64,000 nucleotides of DNA from Candidatus Subterrananammoxibius californiae. Its GTDB lineage: Bacteria; Planctomycetota; Brocadiia; Brocadiales; Subterrananammoxibiaceae. A program made the translations under genes and the position numbers. This document shows positions 55,322 to 64,000 of this stretch, one piece after another (within the stretch, counting starts at the first letter, position 1; each line of letters opens with the position of its first letter). The DNA lies in assembly GCA_030586555.1 (NCBI GenBank), contig JAURAC010000004.1:69056-133055 (forward strand), read 5' to 3'. The notes beneath the pieces were generated by a model. The model did no database searches and was not told the DNA's origin. It worked only from the letters and a program-made list of their open reading frames with translations.

Positions 55322-55393
55322 AGCTGCTGATGGGATTTGAACCCATGACCTCGTCCTTACCAAGGACGTGCTCTACCACTGAGCCACAGCAGC
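55322..55393 (-). tRNA. tRNA-Thr(GGT), CCA not encoded
   Basis: GCTGCTGTGGCTCAGTGGTAGAGCACGTCCTTGGTAAGGACG...GTTCAAATC. Confidence 0.95.
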
Positions 55394-55455
55394 GTTACAG
55401 TAAAATATAATGATTGTAGCCCCCTAATTATGAACCTATTTGGTGAAAGCTTCTT

Positions 55456-55483
55456 ATTATACCAAATAAAATAAAAGTGTCAA
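55456..55483 (-). promoter_or_regulatory. Sigma-70-type promoter upstream of tRNA-Thr(GGT) and tuf
   Basis: TTGACA-16 nt-TATAAT with extended -10 TGG. Confidence 0.65.
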
Positions 55484-55490
55484 GCAAAAA

Positions 55491-55561
55491 AGCGGGCGAT
55501 GGGAATCGAACCCACATGACCAGCTTGGAAGGCTGGGGCTCTACCATTGAGCTACGCCCGC
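55491..55561 (-). tRNA. tRNA-Gly(TCC), CCA not encoded
   Basis: GCGGGCGTAGCTCAATGGTAGAGCCCCAGCCTTCCAAGCTGG...GTTCGATTC. Confidence 0.95.
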
Positions 55562-55565
55562 TTAT

Positions 55566-55642
55566 CCCGTTAGAAAGTCTTGTTGTTTGCCGTTCTTGCT
55601 CCATCGAAAATTTAATTCTGGCAGAGAGAGCTTTCTAACGGG
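55566..55642. mobile_element. 77-bp MITE-like element with perfect 12-bp terminal inverted repeats
   Basis: CCCGTTAGAAAG (55566-55577) and CTTTCTAACGGG (55631-55642), between tRNA-Tyr and tRNA-Gly. Confidence 0.55.
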
Positions 55643-55651
55643 GCTTACTAA

Positions 55652-55736
55652 TGGTGGGGAGAGGAGGATTTGAACCTCCGAAGGCTACGCCAACAGATTT
55701 ACAGTCTGTCCCCTTTGGCCACTCGGGAATCTCCCC
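55652..55736 (-). tRNA. tRNA-Tyr(GTA)
   Basis: GGGGAGATTCCCGAGTGGCCAAAGGGGACAGACTGTAAATCTG, long variable arm, CCA end. Confidence 0.96.
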
Positions 55737-55742
55737 ATTTCC

Positions 55743-55826
55743 AATGCGGAATTCGGAGTGCAGATTGCGGAACAATGCCGAATGCGAGGTAATTCCGCAT
55801 TCCAAAGTCCGCACTCCGCATTTGGC
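55743..55826. repeat. Inverted arrays of tandem 7-bp repeats (TGCGGAA / TTCCGCA type) in tRNA spacer
   Basis: tgcggaa-ttcggag-tgcagat-tgcggaa ... ttccgca-ttccaaa-gtccgca-ctccgca. Confidence 0.8.
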
Positions 55827-55829
55827 ATA

Positions 55830-55904
55830 TGGAGCTAGCGGGGGGATTCGAACCCTCAACCTGCTGTTTACAAAACAGCTGCTCTGCCCTTGAGCTACGC
55901 TAGC
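55830..55904 (-). tRNA. tRNA-Thr(TGT)
   Basis: GCTAGCGTAGCTCAAGGGCAGAGCAGCTGT-TTTGTAA-ACAGC...GTTCGAATC...CCA. Confidence 0.95.
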
Positions 55905-55987
55905 GGAAAACAGTTTATTTTATCATTCCTAAAAAGTTTTTCAAGGATAAAAATTATTAATGTAAGCTACGTTTGGAAATATCCCTA

Positions 55988-57157
55988 CTACATAGATTTT
56001 ACTTGATTTAGGTAACCTTCGTAATTTCGACTTGTTTCGAGGATGTGGTCTCCGCCAAACTTTTCCATAAATGCCCTTGCAATCTCAAAGGCTACTGCTG
56101 CCTCTCCCACAACGGATGCGGCAGGGACTGCGCAAACATCGGAACGTTCAGCGGCGGCAATTTGTGGTTCTTTTGTCACAATATCTACCGATTTAAGCGG
56201 CTTTTTCAGCGTGGGGATAGGTTTCATGGCTGCTCTGACGATAATTGGCTGACCGTTAGATATGCCTCCTTCGATACCCCCTGCATTATTCGTTAGCCTC
56301 TGAAATCCGCCTGAAATAGAAATATCCGTCTCTGCAGCATCATAAACAATTTCGTCATGAACCTCTGAACCAGATTTTTTTGATACCGCAAACCCAAGAC
56401 CGATTTCTACGCCCTTTATAGCCTGTATAGACATTAAAGCCTGCGCCAGCCTTCCATCGAGTCTTGTATTCCACTGCGAGTAGCTTCCAAGTCCTGGTGG
56501 GACGTCAAATGCCATTACCTCAAAAACGCCTCCCACTGAATCACCATCTTTTTTAGCCCTATTAATCTTTTCAATCATGTCTTTCTCTGCTGTTTTATCA
56601 AGGCAATATAATTTACTTTGGTCTCGTATACTACGCATCTTTTCTGGTTCGCATAAACTTGTCCCTGCCTTCAAGCAGGGAATAACCCTGCTTTTTATCC
56701 CGCCTATTTCTTTAACATATCCTAACACTTCGATGCTAAAAAAACCTAAAAGCATCTTTGCCAATGCACCAGCGGCAACCCTTGCGGCGGTTTCTCTTGC
56801 GCTTGCCCTTTCGAGTATGTTACGTGCATCCACCTGATTGTATTTCATCACCCCAGCCAGGTCCGCATGCCCTGGCCTTGGTCTTGTTAGCGCTGGAAGA
56901 CGGTCTATACTATAATCACTATTCTTTATCCTCAAACATATAGGGCTGCCGAGGCTCATGCCTTTTCGAGTACCGGAGAGGATTTCGACCTCGTCATGTT
57001 CAATTTGCATTCTTGCGCCCCTGCCAAAACCTCCTTGACGACGCTTGAGCTCTTTATTGATTCCGCTTGTCTCTATTAAAATACCCGCAGGAAACCCTTC
57101 TATTATAGCAATAAGGCATTTGCCATGCGATTCACCTGCCGTTCTGAATTCCAGCAT
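55988..57157 (-). CDS. aroC: Chorismate synthase
   Basis: TAGESHG, RPRPGHADL, ERASARETA, NNAGGIEGGISNG, KPIPT. Confidence 0.97.
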   Translation of the reverse strand: MLEFRTAGESHGKCLIAIIEGFPAGILIETSGINKELKRRQGGFGRGARMQIEHDEVEILSGTRKGMSLGSPICLRIKNSDYSIDRLPALTRPRPGHADLAGVMKYNQVDARNILERASARETAARVAAGALAKMLLGFFSIEVLGYVKEIGGIKSRVIPCLKAGTSLCEPEKMRSIRDQSKLYCLDKTAEKDMIEKINRAKKDGDSVGGVFEVMAFDVPPGLGSYSQWNTRLDGRLAQALMSIQAIKGVEIGLGFAVSKKSGSEVHDEIVYDAAETDISISGGFQRLTNNAGGIEGGISNGQPIIVRAAMKPIPTLKKPLKSVDIVTKEPQIAAAERSDVCAVPAASVVGEAAVAFEIARAFMEKFGGDHILETSRNYEGYLNQVKSM

Positions 57158-57509
57158 GAATAATTATCTCCCCCAATTAAAGGTAAAAAAGGTAAAGAAG
57201 ATTCTGTTTTAAATCTTTTTGTCTTTTAGCCTCTTACAAGTATATCGTATTTAACTTGATATGAACTTGTCAAGAGCTTTTTAACTGGGCGCTGAAAAAC
57301 TATTGCCTTGTTTAACTCTTTTATTTATAAAAAGAATGGGGTTGTTAAATTTAGGGGAGGCTATATTTTTCCAACAATAAATTAGATAAAATCGGTCAGC
57401 CTTTTTCAGAGACCTCTTTGAGGAAATGGGTTTTCCACCCGTTAAGGGTGGACTAAGAGTGGAAAACAGGGATTAACCCCGCTCCTCCTCATGAACTGGG
57501 AAGAAGAAT

Positions 57510-57541
57510 AAAAAAGGGCAGGAGAACTCACCTGCCCTTTT
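57510..57541 (-). terminator. Intrinsic terminator downstream of the beta-helix gene
   Basis: AAAAGGGCAGG-8 nt-CCTGCCCTTTT stem followed by a T-run on the minus strand. Confidence 0.75.
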
Positions 57542-57586
57542 AAAAAACGATTGCTTTTGAATGGCGAGCAAAGCCCACCCTGTCAC

Positions 57587-59476
57587 TTAAAAGCTATCTG
57601 CCAGTGGTGCACAAGTAAACTCGTGTGAACCATCGCTCGATATGTTATTAAGTGAACCTGGGGCAACGGCATCGGAAACGGGGTCGCCAGGATTTCTCCT
57701 GCTTACAGCAAAATCGCAGGTACCATTAAACTGGGAAGTATTATTCTTAATCTGTGTTCCACCTCCGCCCCCGGCTCCACTAAGCGCATTATTCTCAATG
57801 CCTTCAGCAGTGTTTAGCTGGGCAAAATTGCTATCAATAACGTTGCCTCCATGGGTTATATCCCCCGTTGTTCTGTCGCCATTATCCCCATCAACGTCAA
57901 TACCATCGATACCATTTTCTGCCACCTCATTGTTTGATATCGTATTAAAATCGCCGTAAACATTTATCCCATCGCCTATATTGCCAGTGGCAGTATTTCC
58001 ATCTATTGTATTTTCATTTCCATCTATATCAAACCCGTGCTCTCCAAAATGGCCATTGTAAGTAGACACATTTTCAGAAACAAGATTCTTATTGCCAGTG
58101 ACACGAATGCCGTCCATATTGTTACCATCAGAGGTATTACCAGACGTGAAGGTAGGACTATCAGGGTCCTTTCCTACTACGTTTTTGTTCCCAACAACGA
58201 GAATTCCAGTGGCGCTAAATGATAGTGATGTATAATTATCGCTTATTGTATTGCTATTCCCGTGGACATCAATCACATGGCTACTTATCTCTGAACATAC
58301 ATTATTACTAATAACATTGTCATCCCCGCCAACCCCGATAGCATTAGCATTAACATCAATAATGCAGGAACGAACCAAATTACTATCTAAGATACTCCCA
58401 TTTCCACCATACAAAATACCGATACCGTAGCAATCCAGGACCTCATTTTCGGTAATGGAATTTACGTCCCCCTCGACTGATATGCCCATACCGTTGTAGA
58501 TAGATTGGACCTTGTTCAGTCTGATTGACTTATTCGACCCGTTTACTCTTATCCCATCGTTTCCGAAGGAATTGACTTCATTTCTGTCTACAGAGTTGTA
58601 TTCTCCGGATACAATAAGTATCCCATAATCTGTGCCTGAGGATAGTTTGTTCTTGACAATATCATTAAAATTAGAATCCGCTGGGAGCGCTATCCCAACA
58701 CCCCTGTTAGACCTGACCACATTTCCCTCTATTCTGTTCCCAGAACTTCCCGTAAAAACAATTCCATCCTGTGCATTAGCCATCACGTCGTTACTTTTCA
58801 CCTCATTATGGTCACCTGAAAGGGTTATGCCTGTCTCATCATTGCGCAGGGAGCTGTTTTTATAAATACTATTATTGTCTCCGGTTACCACAATCCCGTA
58901 GGCATCTGAACCAACGCACTGATTCTGGTAGATTGTGTTATTGCTACCTTCCACGTCTATCCCACCGAGGCGATTCCCCAAAATCTTGCAGGATTCTACT
59001 TTCATATTGTTGCCTTTAAGTTTTAACCCTGCGTCAAAGTTGGAAACAATATAGCAATCCTCTATTACGGTGTCGTCATTACCACCTTCGGACAGGACAC
59101 CCTCATTTTTTGAGAGACGCAAGGTCAGCCCAATAATTTGAACGCCAGTTACGCCAGCACTAATTGTTATGGCTGGGCCCCCACAATCGTATGCTAATAT
59201 CGTTGGTCTCTTCTTTTTCTTTCCCTTCTTAAGGCCCACCAATTTTATCTCATTTGTGGAAATAGTCACGCACTCCAAATAAGGGTTTCCACCCTTAATC
59301 TTTATTGTATCCCCAGGAACTGCAACGCTTACAGCCTGCTGAATCGTTGGATAATCGTTAGGAACATTTATGGTTTCTGCATAAAGATGAGGTGAAACTG
59401 AGAATGCAGAAATGGCGAATAAAAAGGCTATTAAAACAAACCCTGCTCTTACAATCTTTCGGTGAAAGCCCAACAT
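57587..59476 (-). CDS. Secreted right-handed parallel beta-helix (NosD/pectin-lyase-like) repeat protein
   Basis: Signal peptide, VPNDYPTIQQAV, many GI.v.G..N.i..N repeats; ATG 59476 with AGGAGG SD. Confidence 0.85.
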   Translation of the reverse strand: MLGFHRKIVRAGFVLIAFLFAISAFSVSPHLYAETINVPNDYPTIQQAVSVAVPGDTIKIKGGNPYLECVTISTNEIKLVGLKKGKKKKRPTILAYDCGGPAITISAGVTGVQIIGLTLRLSKNEGVLSEGGNDDTVIEDCYIVSNFDAGLKLKGNNMKVESCKILGNRLGGIDVEGSNNTIYQNQCVGSDAYGIVVTGDNNSIYKNSSLRNDETGITLSGDHNEVKSNDVMANAQDGIVFTGSSGNRIEGNVVRSNRGVGIALPADSNFNDIVKNKLSSGTDYGILIVSGEYNSVDRNEVNSFGNDGIRVNGSNKSIRLNKVQSIYNGMGISVEGDVNSITENEVLDCYGIGILYGGNGSILDSNLVRSCIIDVNANAIGVGGDDNVISNNVCSEISSHVIDVHGNSNTISDNYTSLSFSATGILVVGNKNVVGKDPDSPTFTSGNTSDGNNMDGIRVTGNKNLVSENVSTYNGHFGEHGFDIDGNENTIDGNTATGNIGDGINVYGDFNTISNNEVAENGIDGIDVDGDNGDRTTGDITHGGNVIDSNFAQLNTAEGIENNALSGAGGGGGTQIKNNTSQFNGTCDFAVSRRNPGDPVSDAVAPGSLNNISSDGSHEFTCAPLADSF

Positions 59477-59837
59477 TCCTTTCCTCCTTTCCGTGCCTGG
59501 CACGAGTCTTCGATTCCGATAAGAAATCAGTCTGCAATATAAAAATCGAAAATCTATGAGATTATACGACAAAATATTCAGTTGTCAAGATAAAAGTTGA
59601 GGATTTTTTGACATTATTAAAACCAATGACAAATCAGATTCAATCAATGAGGCCGTCAGAAAGAAGAATTAACGTTTCAAAATGTAAGAACTTTAGCATT
59701 TTAAAAAGGTAACATCAACAACCAATTTTTTTGTTGTAAGTTAATTAATCATGCTGTATAATCCTGCATCAAACAGAGAAACCGGCCTATCCAGTTGACT
59801 TAGTAGCGCATATTAATCCAACCTGGCTAAACAAAAA

Positions 59838-61430
59838 ATGACCTATCATAATAAAGAAGCCGCTAAGGTTTTAGTGATAGAGGATGACGAAATCATGCGT
59901 AGATTGCTCCTCGATACCCTTCACCAGAATGGTTATTCGATTGAAACTGTAGCAAATGCAAAGGATGCATTAGAAAAACTGAATCAGGAATCTTTTAACG
60001 TAGTCCTGACTGACATAAAAATGCCTGATGATACATCGGCTCTGGAGCTATTGAAGGTAATAAAAGCAGCACACCCGGATACACCGGTTATAGTAATGAC
60101 TGGTTTCGGGTGTACGGAATCTGCCGTAGCCTCGATAAAAGCAGGGGCTTATGACTACATTACAAAGCCTATAGATTTGGATGAACTGATGGTTGTCATT
60201 GAGCGAGGCTTAGAAAAGCATGAACTCGGTTTTCAAACTAAGCAACTATTAGAAAAGAACAAAAGGTTAGAAAGCCTTGTTGTCCGTGACAGTCTTACAG
60301 GCCTTTATAATCATAAACATTTACACGAGATGCTAAAGATTGAATTTGGAAGGGCAAGAAGGTACCATGACCCACTTTCTTGTATGATGATAGATATAGA
60401 CCATTTTAAAGTAGTGAACGATACCTACGGACACCAATTTGGTGATTTTGTACTTACCTCCCTTGCAAAGGTATTCCAGGGTATGATTAGGGATGTTGAT
60501 ATAGTAGCACGTTACGGAGGCGAGGAATTTTTCTTCATTCTTCCAAAGACAAGTCTTGAAGGAGCGCGCGCTTTAGGCGAGAAGATACGTGAAGCAATCC
60601 ATTGTCATAACTTTTGTAATACCGTGTATTCTGCTATTATAACTGTTAGCTCCGGTATTTCCAGTGTCTCGGATAGGGATATAAATAGTAAGGATGACCT
60701 GATACAACATGCTGATAAAGCCCTCTATGAAGCAAAGAGCAGGGGAAGAAACAGGGTTTGCTGTTGGGATGAAGTTAGATTACCCGTTTGGGAAGTCACT
60801 GTCGAGGAAATTGATAGGATAAATGATTTCCGCCATAAATTCTTCCAGATTGCTAAAGACGCAAAATACGCTTTTCTTGAGGCCGTCAAAAATCTTGTTA
60901 AGCTGGTTGAAGCCAAGGATTGTACTGTTAATCACTCAACAAAGGTTTCTTTGTACGGGGTAGCCCTGGCAAAGAAATTACGCATTCCAGATGAAGAAAT
61001 TGAATGCATAGAGAATGCCGCCTTGCTCCATGATATAGGTAAGATAGGAGTCCCGCAAAACATCCTGTTAAAGAAGGGGAAGTTGACCGAAGGTGAATAT
61101 AATTTAATAAAAAAGCATTGCACCGTTGGAACAAGTATAGTATCAAAAGCGCCATTTTTCGAGAGAGAGGTGCCACTCATTCTATACCATCAGGAAAGGT
61201 ACGATGGCACTGGATACCCCAACGGTTTAAAGGGGCTTGGAATTCCGCTCGGAGCAAGGATTTTAGCTATTGCTGACGCCTATGACGCTATGACCACAGA
61301 CAGGACGTACAGAAAGAAATATTCAAAAGAAGATGCTATCAATGAATTAAAAAAACTCTGTGGCGTACAGTTTGACCCCGAGATGATAGAACCATTTCTC
61401 AAGTTAGTAAAGAATGGACTCTCCCACTGA
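59838..61430 (+). CDS. Response regulator with REC, GGDEF diguanylate cyclase and HD-GYP domains
   Basis: IEDD/DIKMP/KP receiver; DSLTGLYN, RDVD-x5-GGEEF; LLHDIGK, DGTGYP. Confidence 0.93.
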   Translation: MTYHNKEAAKVLVIEDDEIMRRLLLDTLHQNGYSIETVANAKDALEKLNQESFNVVLTDIKMPDDTSALELLKVIKAAHPDTPVIVMTGFGCTESAVASIKAGAYDYITKPIDLDELMVVIERGLEKHELGFQTKQLLEKNKRLESLVVRDSLTGLYNHKHLHEMLKIEFGRARRYHDPLSCMMIDIDHFKVVNDTYGHQFGDFVLTSLAKVFQGMIRDVDIVARYGGEEFFFILPKTSLEGARALGEKIREAIHCHNFCNTVYSAIITVSSGISSVSDRDINSKDDLIQHADKALYEAKSRGRNRVCCWDEVRLPVWEVTVEEIDRINDFRHKFFQIAKDAKYAFLEAVKNLVKLVEAKDCTVNHSTKVSLYGVALAKKLRIPDEEIECIENAALLHDIGKIGVPQNILLKKGKLTEGEYNLIKKHCTVGTSIVSKAPFFEREVPLILYHQERYDGTGYPNGLKGLGIPLGARILAIADAYDAMTTDRTYRKKYSKEDAINELKKLCGVQFDPEMIEPFLKLVKNGLSH

Positions 61431-61481
61431 ACGAGCAATGAGCAATCAGCTATGAGCTATCAGCTGAGGGAAGGGAAACTA

Positions 61482-62435
61482 ATGTTCGAAGAAGACATAT
61501 TCAAGGATGCAAAATACTGTGTATCCTGCAACAAGTTCTACATTACGAACTTTTGCCCATTTTGCACCCCTAAAACTACAACTTCCAGACATGTAACCAG
61601 TGAAAAGGAAGCCGGAGAGACACACTTTTCGCATCCGCCAATAAAAAATGACAGCACAAGGTTACACCACTCTGCCATCCCGCTTGATGTGGAAGGAAAA
61701 GGAGATGAGCAATCGTCTGTAGACGTAAAAGAGTTTTCTGAATATAAAAAATCAAGTCATGATTCCAAGATAGAGGAACTGAGTTTAGAAATAGAACGGT
61801 TGCGGCATGAAAACAAAGAAAAGAAAGAAAAAATAGCTAAAGAAATAGAGCTTAAGTTTAATATCCTTGCAGACAAGTTTGAGCGCTTAAGCAAGAAAGA
61901 AAAGGAATACAGGGAACAAGCCTTCCAAGCACTGTCCGTAGTACGCAATAATGGAAATGATACCCAGACGGAACTGTTAAAAGAGAGAATCAAGGAGCTA
62001 AATGCTGAATTAGAACAACTGCAACAAAGAAATGAGGAAAAAGACCGTCAAGTGTTACAGTCCATAGCAGAGGCATCTAAATTAAGCGGCGTCGTTGAAC
62101 AGCAAAAGGACGAACTTGAACGACTGTGGTTTGATATACAGGAAAAGGACCGTGTTATTATGCAAATTTCTTTAACCCTTAGCAGCGCTATCTCGCAAGC
62201 CCTGACACAAAGAGAAGTAGGGGTGGGTTTCAAATCCGCCCCTACAAAGGAACTTACAACGCCTCACCCTTTCGATGCTCGTCCAACCACCAAACAAGAT
62301 AAGCATTCAAGAAAGGTTTTTTATGCCCTATTAGGAGGACTGAATGTAGTAATAATTAGCCATCTTGTAAGTACCTTTCTCTATAAAAGGGATATAGTAA
62401 GCTTAATAATAGAGTTCTTTAAAGGGTTACGATAG
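61482..62435 (+). CDS. Coiled-coil protein with N-terminal CxxC...CxxC and C-terminal TM helix
   Basis: CVSC..CPFC, E/K/Q-rich heptads, hydrophobic tail; start MFEEDIF preferred over 61452. Confidence 0.7.
   Translation: MFEEDIFKDAKYCVSCNKFYITNFCPFCTPKTTTSRHVTSEKEAGETHFSHPPIKNDSTRLHHSAIPLDVEGKGDEQSSVDVKEFSEYKKSSHDSKIEELSLEIERLRHENKEKKEKIAKEIELKFNILADKFERLSKKEKEYREQAFQALSVVRNNGNDTQTELLKERIKELNAELEQLQQRNEEKDRQVLQSIAEASKLSGVVEQQKDELERLWFDIQEKDRVIMQISLTLSSAISQALTQREVGVGFKSAPTKELTTPHPFDARPTTKQDKHSRKVFYALLGGLNVVIISHLVSTFLYKRDIVSLIIEFFKGLR
62217..62245. repeat. GTAG-type REP palindrome inside a CDS
   Basis: GTAGGGGTGGGTTTCAAATCCGCCCCTAC, translated as VGVGFKSAPT. Confidence 0.8.
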
Positions 62436-62477
62436 AAAGCCACCTGGGGACTGCGGAAGGCAGCAGTGGTCGTTGAT

Positions 62478-62504
62478 ACAACGAACATAAAGTTCGTTGT
62501 CTAC
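62478..62504 (-). repeat. GTAG-type REP-like hairpin between convergent genes
   Basis: GTAG-ACAACGAAC-TTTAT-GTTCGTTGT on the minus strand. Confidence 0.65.
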
Positions 62505-62526
62505 CAAGTCCGCTTGTGGGAAATTA

Positions 62527-63147
62527 TTACCGCTTAATCATGCTATCAAGGATGCTTCGGAGGTTGCGAGATTCGATGTAGCGTATGCCCAATCTATCAG
62601 CCCAGGTCATAATCCCTATATCTGCGCTAACCACTATCGCATTTAGCTCCCTTGCAAGGAGGATTAAATCCACATCCTCTTTACTGTCTATAATCCCTTC
62701 ACGCAAGGCAACGCGGTACTTCTTCCGTAAATCAGAGATTGTCTCCGGCTCTTTTTCCCTTGTTGTTTCACGTACTGCCTGCTCGGCGACACGCAGTCCC
62801 TTATCTATTCGATGTCTCACATCTTCAATCAATTCGTAAAGTAAAAATGCCGGCACTGTGAGTTCGTATCGCATGGGCGCCTTCTGACAGATTCTAATCT
62901 GAAGCTCTACCGGGATTTTGTTTATATCAACAAAGTTAAGCAACTCCTGAAAGATGGAGGGGGGCATATAAAAGATAGGACCCTCCACCTTGCCAATCGT
63001 AACCAAAAACTCCTTCAGGGCATCAGTGGGGCTTGTTCCAAATGATTTATATACATCGGGATTGGTAAAGATGCTTGTATCAATAACGAACTGTTGGTCT
63101 TTAATTGTCTTTTTGACCTTTGTTTGACTTGTAGTCTTTTTACGCAT
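62527..63147 (-). CDS. HARP-family RNA-free ribonuclease P (Aq_880-like PIN protein)
   Basis: [67 protein letters not shown]. Confidence 0.9.
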   Translation of the reverse strand: MRKKTTSQTKVKKTIKDQQFVIDTSIFTNPDVYKSFGTSPTDALKEFLVTIGKVEGPIFYMPPSIFQELLNFVDINKIPVELQIRICQKAPMRYELTVPAFLLYELIEDVRHRIDKGLRVAEQAVRETTREKEPETISDLRKKYRVALREGIIDSKEDVDLILLARELNAIVVSADIGIMTWADRLGIRYIESRNLRSILDSMIKR

Positions 63148-63239
63148 AGTAAGAGTATATCGCTTCTACAGGGTTCATTCAAGAAGATTTCTAAATAATT
63201 GCATTGCAATTTGCCCAAAAATTTGTTTTTATTAACCCC

Positions 63240-64000
63240 ATGGCACGACAAAGGGTGATTTTAATCTTTTTGCTACTTTTTAGTACCACTTGTTTTGTTA
63301 TCGGTTGCAGGGGTGAATCGTCTATCAGCAAGCTAAAAGAACAGCTTGAGATAGAAAAGAAAAAAAGAGAAGAGGAATCAAAAAAGTACGTAGAGGTGCT
63401 GAATCGTCTATCTGAGGAAATGAAACGTTCAGAGGAGCAGGAAAAACTTATTACAAGCTTAAGAGACGCACTTGAGACTGGAAAGCCTCAGCACGGACAA
63501 ACAAGTTTGTCCATGCCACCCCCAGGAGTTGAGAGTCAGGACTTGCCCCCCCCTTCTCAAGGGGGAGACAGAGGAGGGGTGGAACTCAAGACTCAAGACT
63601 CCAGACCCAAAGAAGGCATGGAGAAGCTTTTACAGCTTGCAAACCGCTTTTATTGGGATGGCGATTATGCGGTAGCTAAGGAAATATACGATGTTGTAGT
63701 GGAATTGGGAAACACAGATGTGGATACACTCTTTCGACTGGCAAAATGTTACGGTGTAACACCTGAAACTGATAAGGCAATTTCCCTGTACCAGAAGGTA
63801 ATTGCAGCACTTGAACATAACGATGCGGCAAATCCTCTTCACCACCAAGCTTACAATAATCTTGGCGGGATGTACAAAAAGAAGGGCATATATAAAGAGG
63901 CTGAACTCGCATACGTTAAGGCTATCGAGCTTGACCAAGAATATACAAATGCTTATTACAACCTCGGTCTTCTTTACGAAGAGAATCTTGATGACGAACT
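63240..64000 (+). CDS. TPR-repeat lipoprotein with N-terminal coiled coil (3'-partial)
   Basis: Manual translation MARQRVILIFLLLFSTTCFVIG-C lipobox; AYNNLGGMY..AYVKAIELD..AYYNLGLLY; runs off the right edge. Confidence 0.85.
   Translation, partial: MARQRVILIFLLLFSTTCFVIGCRGESSISKLKEQLEIEKKKREEESKKYVEVLNRLSEEMKRSEEQEKLITSLRDALETGKPQHGQTSLSMPPPGVESQDLPPPSQGGDRGGVELKTQDSRPKEGMEKLLQLANRFYWDGDYAVAKEIYDVVVELGNTDVDTLFRLAKCYGVTPETDKAISLYQKVIAALEHNDAANPLHHQAYNNLGGMYKKKGIYKEAELAYVKAIELDQEYTNAYYNLGLLYEENLDDE
63491..63520 (+). repeat. Family A 30-bp repeat, in frame within the TPR gene
   Basis: Identical to intergenic copy 21558-21587; encodes HGQTSLSMPP. Confidence 0.92.

Noticed and set aside
55635..55893. 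Two short ORFs in the tRNA cluster
   Set aside because: They overlap tRNA-Tyr, tRNA-Thr and the heptamer array.
63472..63938. Three short ORFs listed near the right edge
   Set aside because: Alternative-frame or antisense products of the TPR gene starting at 63240.

Overview
Bacterial chromosome window, most likely Planctomycetota and probably Ca. Brocadiia/anammox-related (RpoA starting MRIRWRG, no rpmD, long L17, three-helix SecE, DUF1844-pyrG-kdsB block; taxonomy is inferred, not searched). About 34 kb (21.6-55.9 kb, minus strand) is a contiguous translation/transcription super-operon: tRNA Thr-Tyr-Gly-Thr, tuf, rpmG, tRNA-Trp, secE, nusG, rplKAJL, rpoBC, rpsLG, fusA, a second near-identical tuf, then S10, spc and alpha, with an unexpected SAM methyltransferase between rpsM and rpsK. 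Left flank: a >1200-aa secreted heparinase II-fold protein with an apparently degenerate active site (absent from the ORF track because it runs off the edge), preceded by a sigma-54 promoter and a c-di-GMP-I riboswitch; two GT-C glycosyltransferases; pyrE; a type IIG restriction-modification gene; an AbrB/PIN cassette bracketed by a 38-bp duplication of the dprA 3' end; a frameshifted DUF4258/DUF2283 pair; aroB; folC; a small uncharacterised cassette; pyrG, kdsB, maf, HIT. Right flank: aroC, a beta-helix protein, a REC-GGDEF-HD-GYP protein, a coiled-coil protein, a HARP-type protein-only RNase P and a TPR lipoprotein. The most striking sequence-level pattern is several families of miniature palindromic repeats that occupy intergenic gaps and also sit in frame inside protein genes. 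No rRNA, CRISPR array, transposase or integrase was seen.
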